A stretch of DNA of 64,000 nt from the NCBI GenBank assembly GCA_965242965.1, contig OZ251518.1, positions 2,848,001 through 2,912,000 of the forward strand, in the 5' to 3' direction. Below are positions 28,030 to 38,464 of this stretch, one piece after another. The position numbers and the translations under genes were made by a program. Source of the DNA: Candidatus Poribacteria bacterium. Lineage in GTDB: Bacteria; Poribacteria; WGA-4E; WGA-3G. Each line of letters starts with the position of its first letter. Position 1 is the first letter of the stretch. The notes beneath the pieces were generated by a model. The model was given only the letters and a program-made list of their open reading frames with translations. It was not told the DNA's origin and searched no databases.

Positions 28030-30108
28030 ATGAGAAAGGAGAAATGGCAAACCGTGCAAACACTCGCAATTCAGGACAAAACCTACACCAATTCAATAGG
28101 CATGCAGTTCGTGAGAATTGAGCCCGGCAGTTTTCTCATGGGCTCCGAGAACGCGCAACTCCCCGATGAATTAACCGATGGCAAGGCGCACCTCCGCGAT
28201 GGCGATTGGGACGAACATCCCGTGCATCAGGTGACACTCAGCACGCCGTTCTACATGGGCATCTTTCAGGTGACGAACGCGCAATATGAAGCGTTTGACC
28301 CGGGGCACCGGCACCTACGCGGGCTTCCCAATATAGGTTCGCAAACTGCGCCTGACATCGGTTTTTCACGAGAAGATGACGAGGCTGTCGTGTTTGTCAA
28401 CTGGCACGATGCTGTCCGCTTCTGCGAATGGCTCTCCAAACGCGAAGGGAAACCTTACCGGCTTCCGACAGAGGCGGAATGGGAATACGCCTGTCGCGCC
28501 GGCACAACGACGCACTTTTCTACCGGCGATACGCTTCCCGATGCCTTCCATAAAAACGTCGGGGAGAGTTGGTATCCCGATGCCGATAGGAGCCGCGGTG
28601 TTGAAGAAGTGGTGCCGCTGCACGTCGGGCAAACCCCACCGAATCCCTGGGGCCTCTACGATATGCACGGCAATGTAGAGGAATGGTGCCACGATTGGTA
28701 TGGTGCTTATGAAGCGCAGCCGCAGGAAAATCCCGTCGGCAGGGAGGATGGGCTCTATCGTGTCACGCGCGGGGGCAGTCATTCCACGCTGCTTTGCTAT
28801 CTCCGTTCGGCGAATCGGATGGGCGCGGTGCCAGAAGATAAGCATTGGTATATCGGGTTTCGCGTCGTCTGTGGCGCGATGCCGGACACGCCACCGCGCC
28901 GCGTGCCGAAAGTGGCGTTATGGGGACGGAATGTCAATCAAGAGGCACGTGTGGAAGCCGCGCCGCCGGTAGAAACCCCTTTCTTCGCCGAACCGCTCAC
29001 TTATGTGAAAATCCCTGCAGGTTCAAACGGCCCGCTTTTTTCAGCGCACAATCACGTGCCTTCAATCGTGGCGTGCCCGAACGGCGATATGTTCACAGCG
29101 TGGTATTCATGCGTGACAGAACGGGGACGCGAATTGACAGTGGCGGCGAGCCGGTTGCGCCACGGACAAAACGAATGGGAACCAGCAGAACCGTTTTGGG
29201 GAGCCCTCGACAGGAACAATCACGCCACGGCACTCTGGTGCAATGAAAATGGGCGCATCTATCATTTCAACGGGCTATCCGCAGCAGCGACGTGGGGGCC
29301 ACTAGCGTTAGTCATGCGCTATTCCGACGACAACAGCGCGACGTGGACGCGCCCGCGGCTCATCTCACCGGAACATCAGTTGCGGCAGATGCCGATTACG
29401 TCCGTTTTCCGCAGACAAGACAACTCCATCCTGCTCGCATGTGATGCTGTCAGCGGGGGCAACGGCGGCACCGCCATCTGGCTCAGCGAGGACGATGGTG
29501 AAACGTGGCGTGACCCGGGCGCAGGACAGCCTATCCCCGAATTTGCCGCAGGCAAGTGCGGCGCATGGATAGCCGGCATCCACGCCGCTGTCGTTGAATT
29601 GTCAGATGGCCGATTAATGGCTTACGGACGCGGCGATACGATTGGCGGCCGGATGCCGAAGAGTGTCTCTGCCGATGGCGGCAAGACGTGGCGTTATAGC
29701 GCGAGCCCTTTCCCGCCGCTCTCTGGGGGACAACGGTGCGTGCTACTCAGATTGAAGGAAGGCCCGGTCTTCCTCGCCTCTTTTACGGGAGAGCGGGGGA
29801 ACCCGGCGGCGATGCCGATTGTCGATGCATCGGGAAATGAACGTCCGGTGAAAGGGCTATTTGGCGCGCTATCTTTTGACGATGGCGAAACCTGGCCGCA
29901 CATCCGGCTCATCAGCGACGACGGGCCAGACAGGGGACTTGAAACGATGGATGGCAGGCCCTTTACGATGGGATTTAGCAGTGCTGAACTGGGCGGCTAC
30001 CTCGCCGTGTGCCAAGGCAAGGACGGCACTATTCACCTTATCAGCAGCCGACAACATTATCGGTTTAATCTGCCGTGGTTGCAGGAGTTGCCGCCAGCAG
30101 TCGTGTGA
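28030..30108 (+). CDS. FGE-sulfatase (SUMF1-like) domain fused to BNR-repeat sialidase-like domain
   Basis: NSIGM.FV.I.PG.F.MGS, RLPTEAEWEYACRAG, NPWGLYDMHGNV.EWC, IGFRVV; Asp-boxes SDDNSATW, SEDDGETW, SADGGKTW, SFDDGETW; start uncertain. Confidence 0.88.
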   Translation: MRKEKWQTVQTLAIQDKTYTNSIGMQFVRIEPGSFLMGSENAQLPDELTDGKAHLRDGDWDEHPVHQVTLSTPFYMGIFQVTNAQYEAFDPGHRHLRGLPNIGSQTAPDIGFSREDDEAVVFVNWHDAVRFCEWLSKREGKPYRLPTEAEWEYACRAGTTTHFSTGDTLPDAFHKNVGESWYPDADRSRGVEEVVPLHVGQTPPNPWGLYDMHGNVEEWCHDWYGAYEAQPQENPVGREDGLYRVTRGGSHSTLLCYLRSANRMGAVPEDKHWYIGFRVVCGAMPDTPPRRVPKVALWGRNVNQEARVEAAPPVETPFFAEPLTYVKIPAGSNGPLFSAHNHVPSIVACPNGDMFTAWYSCVTERGRELTVAASRLRHGQNEWEPAEPFWGALDRNNHATALWCNENGRIYHFNGLSAAATWGPLALVMRYSDDNSATWTRPRLISPEHQLRQMPITSVFRRQDNSILLACDAVSGGNGGTAIWLSEDDGETWRDPGAGQPIPEFAAGKCGAWIAGIHAAVVELSDGRLMAYGRGDTIGGRMPKSVSADGGKTWRYSASPFPPLSGGQRCVLLRLKEGPVFLASFTGERGNPAAMPIVDASGNERPVKGLFGALSFDDGETWPHIRLISDDGPDRGLETMDGRPFTMGFSSAELGGYLAVCQGKDGTIHLISSRQHYRFNLPWLQELPPAVV

Positions 30109-30175
30109 TGCGCACGCGCGCTTGCACAAAAATCTGAAACGTGGTATCCTATGTGCATCAATCAAGGAGGAAAAA

Positions 30176-31270
30176 ATGAGAACGTTTGGGACGCGGGGCC
30201 CCGTGACACCTGAGCGGCACTACGTTGTCCCGCGCACAAGGGAGCTCGCCGATTTTATCTATCGCCTTAAAGACGGCCGTTACGTTGTCATCTTCGCACC
30301 GAGGCAGACAGGCAAGACAACGTTCTTCCGAACGGCACTAAAGAAGTTGACACTTGAAGAGCCCAGTTATTGTCCAATTGAGCTCAATTTTCAGGTTTAC
30401 AAAAACGTCGCGCCGGCTGCGTTCTATGCCCACCTCTGCCAAAACATGCGGGAGGAAATCGAGAAAGTTTTCCAAAAACGTCAAGAGGCTCTGCCGGACC
30501 CGTTACGCCGTTATTTAGAGGCGGTAAAACTGGCAGACCATCTGGCTATGTTAGATTTCTTTAAACGGCTTGGAGTTCTGCTCGCTCCTCGGCGGTTTGT
30601 CATTATCATTGACGAATTTGACGGCATCCCCTCTGCGATAGTGAGCGATTTTCTGTATTCGCTCCGCCAAACGTATCATATTGCCGAGGAGTCTCGCTGT
30701 CCCTTCAGCGTGGGCATCGTCGGGGTAAAGAATCTGACGCAACTCAACTACGATAGGAGTATCTCGCCGTTCAACATCCAAGATGAGTTCCACTTGCCGA
30801 ACTTCACCCTTGCCCAAGTGACAGAACTCCTTGGACAGTATACGGTGGAAGTCGGACAAACTTTTGCCGCCGAAGTCATTGAGACGCTATATCGGCAGAC
30901 AGCAGGACAGCCGTTCCTCGTCAACCGCCTCGCGCAGATACTCACCGAGGAGATGGACATTCCGAAAACGGAGCCGATTACCTTGGAGGACTTTGCCAAG
31001 GCTCACAAGGCGATTCTGGCGGAAGAGAACGTCAACTTTCACCATGTCACCACCAATATCCGCAAAGACTCGCGATTTGAGAGACTCCTGATGAAAGTTG
31101 CCACCTCTGAGCACGGTATCGACTTCAATCCCCACGATGAACTGATGCGGGAACTTCAAACCTACGGTGTCCTCACACGAGGGGCTGACGGGAAGTGTGA
31201 GATTGTCAACCCGATTTATCAGTATTGCATCATGCAGGCGTTCAAGCCTCCGATAAAGGGTGTTTCATAA
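30176..31270 (+). CDS. AAA-like (AAA_35-type) ATPase, probably 3'-truncated by a MITE
   Basis: AAGGAGG RBS; APRQTGKT, IIIDEFD, SPFNI, GQPFLVN; the last codons (KGVS-stop) come from the TIR AGGGTGTTTCATAA. Confidence 0.8.
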   Translation: MRTFGTRGPVTPERHYVVPRTRELADFIYRLKDGRYVVIFAPRQTGKTTFFRTALKKLTLEEPSYCPIELNFQVYKNVAPAAFYAHLCQNMREEIEKVFQKRQEALPDPLRRYLEAVKLADHLAMLDFFKRLGVLLAPRRFVIIIDEFDGIPSAIVSDFLYSLRQTYHIAEESRCPFSVGIVGVKNLTQLNYDRSISPFNIQDEFHLPNFTLAQVTELLGQYTVEVGQTFAAEVIETLYRQTAGQPFLVNRLAQILTEEMDIPKTEPITLEDFAKAHKAILAEENVNFHHVTTNIRKDSRFERLLMKVATSEHGIDFNPHDELMRELQTYGVLTRGADGKCEIVNPIYQYCIMQAFKPPIKGVS

Positions 31271-32069
31271 ATCGCTCAACGTCGCGGTGAAAAATGGGGA
31301 ATTGCCGTTAGGAGAGACCTCCTGGTCTCGATGTGCGTATCGGGACAAGGATGTCCCTCCTACCCGAAACGACGCACACCCGTAGGAGAGACCTCCTGGT
31401 CTCGATGCATTAGGTAGGAAAGCCCTCCCGGTCTTGATGCAATAGGGCGGCGCGCCTACCGAGGGCGCGGCGGCAGAAAGCCCCTTGAAAAAACGGTTCT
31501 TAGGTCCGTAGGCCCTTAATGTCTATAGCACGCACACCGCCAAGAACCCTAAGGTCCTTTAGGTCCTTAATAGATTTTGACACGCCGCGCGTGTTTTATT
31601 AAGGTGAGGGTGTTTCATAAATCTATCCCCCTTGGGGGCGGGCGAATGCCGAGCCCTCTGGCTCACCTCTGTAGTTCGGGATCGCCTGATCCCGAACAGG
31701 TCAAGATCAGGCGATCTTGACCTACAGGGGTGATGAACTCTGGCAGCAACACGCATGGCGAGGGACAGGCCCTCACCCTACGTGAAGGGGCGGCGTTTTT
31801 CCACCGTAGCGCGGGGACCTGTCCCCGCGACGTTGAACGATTTATGAAACATCCTCATTAAGGACCTAAAGGACCTTGAAAACGGCACGACACGTATTGC
31901 TATAGACATGTAGGTCCTAAAGGACCTAAAAACATAACTTGACGATGGATATCGCGGGGGACAGACAACCGTGCTACGGGAACATCGAGACCAGGAGGTC
32001 TCTCCTACAGGGAAGAAATCGAGACCGGGAAGTCTCTCCTACCGAACGCATTGATATATGAAACCCCTC
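31257..32069. mobile_element. Nested MITE/REP mosaic (outer element)
   Basis: Left AGGGTGTTTCATAAAT, right ATATGAAACCCCTC; contains the inner element 31606-31856. Confidence 0.7.
31606..31856. mobile_element. Inner MITE inserted into an AGGACCT-type REP
   Basis: TIRs flanked by ATTAAGG direct repeats (31598-31604 and 31857-31863). Confidence 0.8.
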
Positions 32070-32074
32070 AATAA

Positions 32075-32285
32075 TTTCGGTAGGAGGGACATCCTTGTCC
32101 CGACGCGCTCATCTCGGTAGGAAATTGCGAGGGACAGGCCCTCGCACCACGATTCGGTAGGAGGGACATCCTTGTCCCGACGCGATAATCTCGGTAGGCG
32201 ATTGCGAGGGACAGGCCCTCGCACTACGATAAGGAGACTTGTCCCGATACGGGAATGGCGGTTGGAGGGACATCCTTGTCCCGAT
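32075..32285. repeat. REP cluster (GTAGGAGGGACATCCTTGTCCCGA)
   Basis: Three copies alternating with GCGAGGGACAGGCCCTCGC. Confidence 0.8.
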
Positions 32286-32304
32286 ACTGCAAGAGGAAAT
32301 TGAT

Positions 32305-33195
32305 ATGAAACTTCCGTTTCTACACCATGAAACAGATGTCATCACCGATTTACGCGAGAGCAACGACATCCTTGACAACCCCAACGCACTGCGCGAACGG
32401 ATAACGGAAGAGGGATATCTGCTCATCCGCGGACTACATGAACGGGAAGCGGTTCTGGCCGCGCGGAGGCAGATTCTGGAGAACCTCGCCGAGAAAGGGA
32501 TGCTCGCGCCCAATACACCACTAATGGACGGCGTTTTCAACCCCGATTACCCCGAACCTACCTCCACCGGCTCCATGGGCAATAAGGCGTTGACGCAACT
32601 GCCTGCCTTCAAAGCCGTCGTAGAGGGCGCGCCGGTGATGAACTTCTTCCAGCGGTTCCTCGGCGGCGACGCGCTGACGTTCGATTTCAAATGGCTCCGC
32701 ACGGCAGGCCCCGGCTCAGCATCGCCGATTCATTACGACATCGTCTTCATGGGCAGAGGCACACAAAAACTCTATTCCTGTTGGACTCCCTTCGGCGACG
32801 TGTCGTTAGAGATGGGCCCTGTTGTCTTCTGCCTCGGCTCGAACCGATTTGACAACGTTCGGGAAACGTATGGCAAAGCGGACGTTGACAAAGATCTTAT
32901 TGAAGGGCATTTCAGCGATAATCCGGTCGAAATCGCTGAGAAATTTGGAGGCAACTGGGCGACGACAACTTTCGAGGCAGGCGATGCCATTATTTTCAGC
33001 ATGTTCCTGATGCACGCGTCGCTGCGCAATACATCCAACAAAATCCGCATCACCGCGGACACCCGCTATCAACTCGCGGAAGAACCAGCCGATGAACGCT
33101 GGATAGGTGAAGACCCGAGGGGACACTACGCGTGGAAACAGCAAAACGCGCAAATCGAACCGTTGGCGATTTCCCGACAAAAGTGGGGTGTGTAA
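32305..33195 (+). CDS. Phytanoyl-CoA dioxygenase (PhyH) family protein
   Basis: EEGYLLIRG, HYD, CWTP.GDV...GP, GDAIIF..FLMH.S..N.S.KIR. Confidence 0.88.
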   Translation: MKLPFLHHETDVITDLRESNDILDNPNALRERITEEGYLLIRGLHEREAVLAARRQILENLAEKGMLAPNTPLMDGVFNPDYPEPTSTGSMGNKALTQLPAFKAVVEGAPVMNFFQRFLGGDALTFDFKWLRTAGPGSASPIHYDIVFMGRGTQKLYSCWTPFGDVSLEMGPVVFCLGSNRFDNVRETYGKADVDKDLIEGHFSDNPVEIAEKFGGNWATTTFEAGDAIIFSMFLMHASLRNTSNKIRITADTRYQLAEEPADERWIGEDPRGHYAWKQQNAQIEPLAISRQKWGV

Positions 33196-33214
33196 AGCGG
33201 AAAAAGGAAACGTT

Positions 33215-34291
33215 ATGCAATCAACAACCCGAAACGAACGCCGCACGAATAAGAAAAAATTCATATCGTTCCTGCTGCTCATCGCCGTGGCGGCTGGACT
33301 CGGCTACCTCTTTCGGTATTACAACACAAGACAGCAGGTGGCAACCGGGGGAGCCTGGGCAGTCTACTTTAGCGAAATCCGTCCCGGTGCCCCCGATAAA
33401 AACAACCCTTACTCCCTTGACAAGCGGCTTGTTGCCAAGTTAGAGACTGCTGCTGAAGGGATTGACGCGGCACTTCATCAACTTAATTCTGAGCCGATAG
33501 CGGATGCCTTTATTGACGCGCACCGCCGCGGCGTGCAGGTGCGGGTTGTCACCGAAACTAAGTATCGCGTCGAAAACCAGATCAGACGCTTGCAAGAAGT
33601 CGGCATCCCCGTCGCTGATGATGATGAGCACGATGGGCTGATGCACCACAAATTCATCGTCGTCGATGGACGCTATGTCTGGACAGGTTCCTATAATACC
33701 ACTTTCAACGGCGCATATCGGAACAACAATAATGTCATTTGGCTGGACTCGTCGCAACTCGCCTATAACTTCACGGAGGAGTTTCGCGAAATGTTTCACT
33801 ACCGACAGTTCGGGCGAACTTCAGACCCGAGTGTGCAGTATCCACAGGTGACGTTGGGCGATGGCACGCAGATTTTCACCTATTTCGCACCCGAAAACGA
33901 GACGATTCCGCCGATTTTAAGTGAAATTCAGTCTGCCAAAACGTCTATCCATTTCATGGCGTTTGCGTTTACGCACGATACCCTCGGCGATGCAATGCGG
34001 CGACAGTTTAAAGCAGGTATCGCGGTGCGCGGTGTCTTTGAGGAAAGACAGATTAGTCAGTATTCCGAATACGAACCGATGCGGGAGGCAGGACTGCCGG
34101 TGATTCAAGATAGAACGCGCGGCATGATGCACCACAAGGTAATTGTTATTGACGAAGAGACGGTGATAACCGGTTCCTACAACTTCTCGAAGAATGCTGA
34201 AAAGAACAATAGCGAGAACCTGCTGATTATCAAGGGCAATCGCGACATCGCTCGCGCCTATCTGGACGAATTTGAACGGATAACCCGATGA
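33215..34291 (+). CDS. Phospholipase D-superfamily protein with two HKD motifs, membrane anchored
   Basis: MHHKFIVVD...TGSYN and MHHKVIVID...TGSYNFS; N-terminal TM. Confidence 0.9.
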   Translation: MQSTTRNERRTNKKKFISFLLLIAVAAGLGYLFRYYNTRQQVATGGAWAVYFSEIRPGAPDKNNPYSLDKRLVAKLETAAEGIDAALHQLNSEPIADAFIDAHRRGVQVRVVTETKYRVENQIRRLQEVGIPVADDDEHDGLMHHKFIVVDGRYVWTGSYNTTFNGAYRNNNNVIWLDSSQLAYNFTEEFREMFHYRQFGRTSDPSVQYPQVTLGDGTQIFTYFAPENETIPPILSEIQSAKTSIHFMAFAFTHDTLGDAMRRQFKAGIAVRGVFEERQISQYSEYEPMREAGLPVIQDRTRGMMHHKVIVIDEETVITGSYNFSKNAEKNNSENLLIIKGNRDIARAYLDEFERITR

Positions 34292-34337
34292 AGACAACGT
34301 CTATCAGGGGCTGTCAGGGCAAATTTCTATAGCCACC

Positions 34338-35099
34338 CTATACTCGCTTTACCCGCGCACTGTAGTCGTCGTATGCACGCTCAATCTGCTTCGCCGATTC
34401 CTCAGGACCGAGGAAATAGGAACCTGTCAGCACTACGGGCGGTTGTCCACGTTCCGTTAACAATTCAGCGACGCGGCACTTTATCGCGTTCGCAATCGCC
34501 AACGTGCCGATGCTAGAGGTAGGGCCAACCGGATGCGCCAAATTCGGGATATCCACCACCGCATCGCCCGGCGGGTTGCAGTTGTCAATCGTCAAGTCGG
34601 CGACATCGCAAAGCCGTTTGCCGGCGGCGTGCTTTGAAGTAGAAGCGCGACTGTGCGCGAGGGAACTCACCGCGATGACAGGAAGCTCCCGCGCTTTCGC
34701 ACCCATCGCCATTTCAATCGGCAGAACATTCGTGCCGGAGTTGGAGAAGACAATCATGCAATCGGCGGGCACGAAGGTGAAGTTGCGCAAAATTACCTCG
34801 GCGTAGCCCGGTATGTTTTCCAAAAAGAGTGCCTGTCGCTGTCCGTTGCAACCGACGACTTGGTTATGGTAAGTAACGGCGAGTTCCACGATAGGATAGA
34901 AACCGGCATAACTGCCGTAGCGTGGGAAGATTTCTTCGACTGCCATGCGGGAGTGCCCGGAGCCGAAGAGGTAGACGAGGCCGCCGTTTCCAATGGTTTC
35001 GGCGCACATGTCTGAGGCTTGCGCGATGGCATCCAGCTGCGTCGCCTCAATCTGTCTTAAAACGTCTTGTGCAATTTGTAAATAGCGTAAATGGGACAT
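34338..35099 (-). CDS. SIS-domain (sugar isomerase) protein
   Basis: LFGSGHS, FSNSG.N..PIEMA, TIDN..P.GDA, GPTS. Confidence 0.88.
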   Translation of the reverse strand: MSHLRYLQIAQDVLRQIEATQLDAIAQASDMCAETIGNGGLVYLFGSGHSRMAVEEIFPRYGSYAGFYPIVELAVTYHNQVVGCNGQRQALFLENIPGYAEVILRNFTFVPADCMIVFSNSGTNVLPIEMAMGAKARELPVIAVSSLAHSRASTSKHAAGKRLCDVADLTIDNCNPPGDAVVDIPNLAHPVGPTSSIGTLAIANAIKCRVAELLTERGQPPVVLTGSYFLGPEESAKQIERAYDDYSARVKRV

Positions 35100-35267
35100 T
35101 TTTGTTGTTCCTAGCGGTTGTTCAGTGATGACGCTGACGCGTCAGCATACCTGGGGATTTGATATAGAATTCCTCCATTATTCTATCATATTTCGGTGAA
35201 AATTGCAATTTTTTGTGTTTTCATTCGCGTTTTGTGGTATAATATACGGTGAAGGGGATCGTTTTTA

Positions 35268-35463
35268 ACCGTAGCGCGGGGGCCCTCGGATGCCATACGC
35301 GCATCCGAGAGGGTTTCCCCCGCGATCGCAGCATGGCGAGGGACAGGCCCTCGCCCTACGATGAAAGGGACATTTTTTTCATCGCAGCGCGGGGGCCCTC
35401 GGATGCCACACGCGCATCCGAGCGGGTTTCACCGAAACGTTGAGCGATTTAGGAAACACCCTC
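35268..35463. repeat. REP mosaic with right TIR
   Basis: GTAGCGCGGGGGCCCTCGGATGCC... units; ATTTAGGAAACACCCTC. Confidence 0.8.
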
Positions 35464-35507
35464 AGTTATTGACAACGTCAACAACAAATATACGTAGGAG
35501 AAACGCA

Positions 35508-36452
35508 TTGCGAACGACAAAAATTCCCGGCGTTAGCAAAGACATATCCCAACTGATTTTAGGAACGATGATGCTATCACCGGTGGCATACGCTCATAGC
35601 ACCGAACTGCTGGACGCATTCTTTGAGGCGGGCGGCAACGCGCTTGACACCGCACACGGCTACGGCGGCGGCACCAGCGAAATGTTAATCGGGCTCTGGA
35701 TGCGGCAACGTGGGAACCGCGAGAACGTCTTTCTCATTGATAAAGGCGGACATCCAAATGGACGCGTGCCACGCCCGCGCCTTTCACCGGAGGAGCTCAA
35801 AAGCGATTTGGATGAAAGTCTCATCCGCCTCCGCACCGATTACATCGATGTCTACATGCTCCATCGCGATGACCCGAGCATCCCTGTTAGCACGGTTATC
35901 GATTACCTGAATCACGAAATCGGTGCCGGGCGCATTCGCGCAATTTCGGCATCGAACTGGGAACCGGAACGCATCCTCGCCGCGAACGATTACGCAGCGG
36001 AAAACGGGTTAAGCGGGTTTGTCTCGTGTAGCAACAACATCAGCCTCGCCGTGCCGATGGAGCCGATGTGGGGCGGCTGCGTCTGCGTTGACGAAAAGGC
36101 GCGCGCATGGCACGAAGAAAGCCAATTCCCGCTGATGCCCTGGTCTTCGCAGGCGAGAGGATTCTTCAGCGGCGCGTTTACGCCTGAAAAACGCGACAAT
36201 CGCGACATGGTGCGAGTCTATTACAACGATGACAACTTTGAGCGGCTCGCCCGCGCAACAAAATTGGGAGAGGAACGAGGCTACTCTGCCATCCAGGTCT
36301 CGTTGGCTTATGCCGTTCAACTGCCATTCCCTATTTTTCCAATCGTCGGCCCGGCGAACTTGGAGGAGATGGCATCCTCGTTAGGGGCATTGTCGCTTGA
36401 ACTCTCGGCAGCGGATATGGCCTGGCTGAACCTTGAAACGGAGAAAAAATGA
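35508..36452 (+). CDS. Aldo/keto reductase
   Basis: TTG start after AGGAG; LILGT, DTAHGYG..SE, KGGHP, SL.RL.TDYID.Y.LHRDD, WSSQARG. Confidence 0.9.
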   Translation: MRTTKIPGVSKDISQLILGTMMLSPVAYAHSTELLDAFFEAGGNALDTAHGYGGGTSEMLIGLWMRQRGNRENVFLIDKGGHPNGRVPRPRLSPEELKSDLDESLIRLRTDYIDVYMLHRDDPSIPVSTVIDYLNHEIGAGRIRAISASNWEPERILAANDYAAENGLSGFVSCSNNISLAVPMEPMWGGCVCVDEKARAWHEESQFPLMPWSSQARGFFSGAFTPEKRDNRDMVRVYYNDDNFERLARATKLGEERGYSAIQVSLAYAVQLPFPIFPIVGPANLEEMASSLGALSLELSAADMAWLNLETEKK

Positions 36453-37507
36453 TGAACACACGTATCCTATTATTAGCACTCCTTTTTATGGCTATACAAC
36501 TGATTGTGCTTCCTTTAGGCTTATCGCAAGATAGCTGAGGCGCGTGAAGCAATCCCGCCATCCCGCAAGGCGGGAGGGATGAAGTCAGGTTGACTTCAGA
36601 GGAGACACAGAAATTTCACGCCGCCTTCAGCATAATGCGATGGTTCGACGCGCAAGGCGGACACCTTGAAACAGAGGGGATTTCCCCAGAGGGTAAGGTT
36701 ATCATCGTGCCTTTGCATCGGCACCATGTCACCTTAAACATTTTCCGCGTTGATGTTGGATTGAAATGCTACTTTAACTCCAACTGGATGCTGGAAGCGA
36801 ACGTCCCTTACGAAGTGAAAGCGCAGGAGGCGACAATCGAGGAACTCGCCGATTCTACGCCTGCCGAAATGGCGGCAATCGTGCGGAATGGTAATAATCA
36901 TCATCGAACCGAAACCTATACCGGGCTCAGGGACACGGATGTGCTGCTCGGGTATAACGCGCAAGGATTGCTGAAAGAGAATGATTTTCTCACGGCGCGC
37001 ATCGGCACAACGGTGCCACTCGGCAAAACTGAGGAAGACCCGTGGCAACTCGGAAAACAGGGGCTTGAGCATCTGCACATTCAATTCGGCACCGGCACCT
37101 TTAATCCCATCGCTGCTCTCTATTATCGCGTGCCGCTCTACGGAAATCTCGCCGCGAATGTGAGCTTGCGCGGGAAGTTGCCGTTCTATGAAAACAGCAA
37201 AACCTATCGCGGTTCAAGGGAACTCACCTATACGGCGGGGTTACACTACCGATTCACCGATTGGCTGTCGGTTCATGGCAGTTATCTGGGGCTTTATCAA
37301 ACCTACGCGTATTGGGCAGGTGAACGGGATATTAACACGGGACTCCATTTCAGCATGGCATCGTTCGGCACCTCTGTTGCAATGCCTTATGATGCCACGC
37401 TGTCCCTGACGATGATGTTGCCGCTCCAACAGGAGACGCTCTACGACGACAGCGATGCATTTGAATTCGGTCCGCTGGTTTCGTTAACGGTGCTTCATGC
37501 GTTCTAA
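36449..37507 (+). CDS. Candidate selenoprotein outer-membrane barrel with a U-G-A-U (UxxU) motif, 352 aa
   Basis: ATG overlaps the upstream stop (ATGA); signal peptide MMNTRILLLALLFMAIQLIVLPLGLSQDS; in-frame TGA at 36536 and 36545; frame continues into ORF 36590-37507; beta-strand pattern and terminal Phe. Confidence 0.75.
36552..36580 (+). promoter_or_regulatory. SECIS-like stem-loop
   Basis: ATCCC-GCCA-TCCCGC-AAG-GCGGGA-GGGAT; apical loop about 19 and 28 nt after the two UGAs; second hairpin TGAAGTCA-GGT-TGACTTCA follows. Confidence 0.6.
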
Positions 37508-37519
37508 ATTAGTGAGAGA

Positions 37520-38450
37520 GGAGCAGGATTTGGAGCAGGATAGGAGCAGGATTTTCAAGATTTTCAAGATTTCACAGGATTAGGGCTCTGGTGCGTCGGC
37601 GCGGTTGTGGCCTGCCACGGGGTATTCGATGCATCAGCATCTATAATCGTGGTAAATCGTGATAAGAGGGACGATCAGGAAAACCTGCAGAGGGACAATC
37701 AGGAAAACCTGATCGTCTTGACAGGCGTGACCGTCTTGACAGGCGTGACCGTGTAAATCCTGCTTCAGACGATTGGCATGGCGAGGGAAACCCTCTCGCA
37801 TGCGCGTGTGGCATGCGAGGGCCCTCGCCCTACGGTAAACGGCATGCTTTTTTTAACCGTAGCGCGGGGGCCTGTCCCCCGCGATCACACCCGCGAAAAA
37901 AACCTCTTCAGGTCCTTTAGGTCCTGCATGTCTATAGTATCCCCGACCTCAAAAAACGCTAAGGTCCTTTAGGTCCTTAATCTGCAGCACACGCAATGCA
38001 GCAGAAAAACATTAAGGTCCTAAAGGACCTTGAGGACTTGGAGGTCTGCGTATTCTACAGACATTAAGGTCCTACGGACCTTGAGGAGACTGTAGTTCGG
38101 GAGCGCCTGCTCCCGAAACGGGTCAAGAGCAGGCGCTCTTGACCTACAGAAGGGATGCGCGCACGCGTACCCTATGGCATGGCGAGGGACAGGCCCTCGC
38201 CCTACGGGCAGCGGGGCGTTTTTTTTCACCGCAGCGCGGGGGCCTGTCCCCCGCGATCGTTCGACCTACGCGAAAAACGCACGCCGACAAAGGCCGTTTC
38301 TCGTGCAGATCGCGGCATGGCGAGGGACAGGCCCTCGCCCTACGGGAACGAGGGAACGACCGAGGCATGGCGAGGGACAGGCCCTCGCCCTACGGTGAAA
38401 CGGGAGACGGCCTTGACAACCGCAGCGCGGAGGGCCCTCGCCCTACGGTA
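37520..38450. repeat. Long repeat mosaic (GCAGGATT/CAAGATTTT short repeats plus several REP classes)
   Basis: Short tandem units followed by AGGTCC, GTAGTTCGGGAGC and GGCGAGGG palindromes. Confidence 0.85.
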
Positions 38451-38464
38451 CCCGAGTATTCTCC

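Noticed and set aside
30176-34291. ATPase plus PLD nuclease as an anti-phage system
   Set aside because: They are separated by a MITE and a PhyH gene; the PLD protein is membrane-anchored and the ATPase looks truncated
36449-36589. Simple pseudogene, or true start at TTG 36590
   Set aside because: The intact signal peptide, translational coupling, two TGAs at CxxC spacing and downstream hairpin favour recoding; not formally excluded because no tRNA-Sec or sel genes lie in this window
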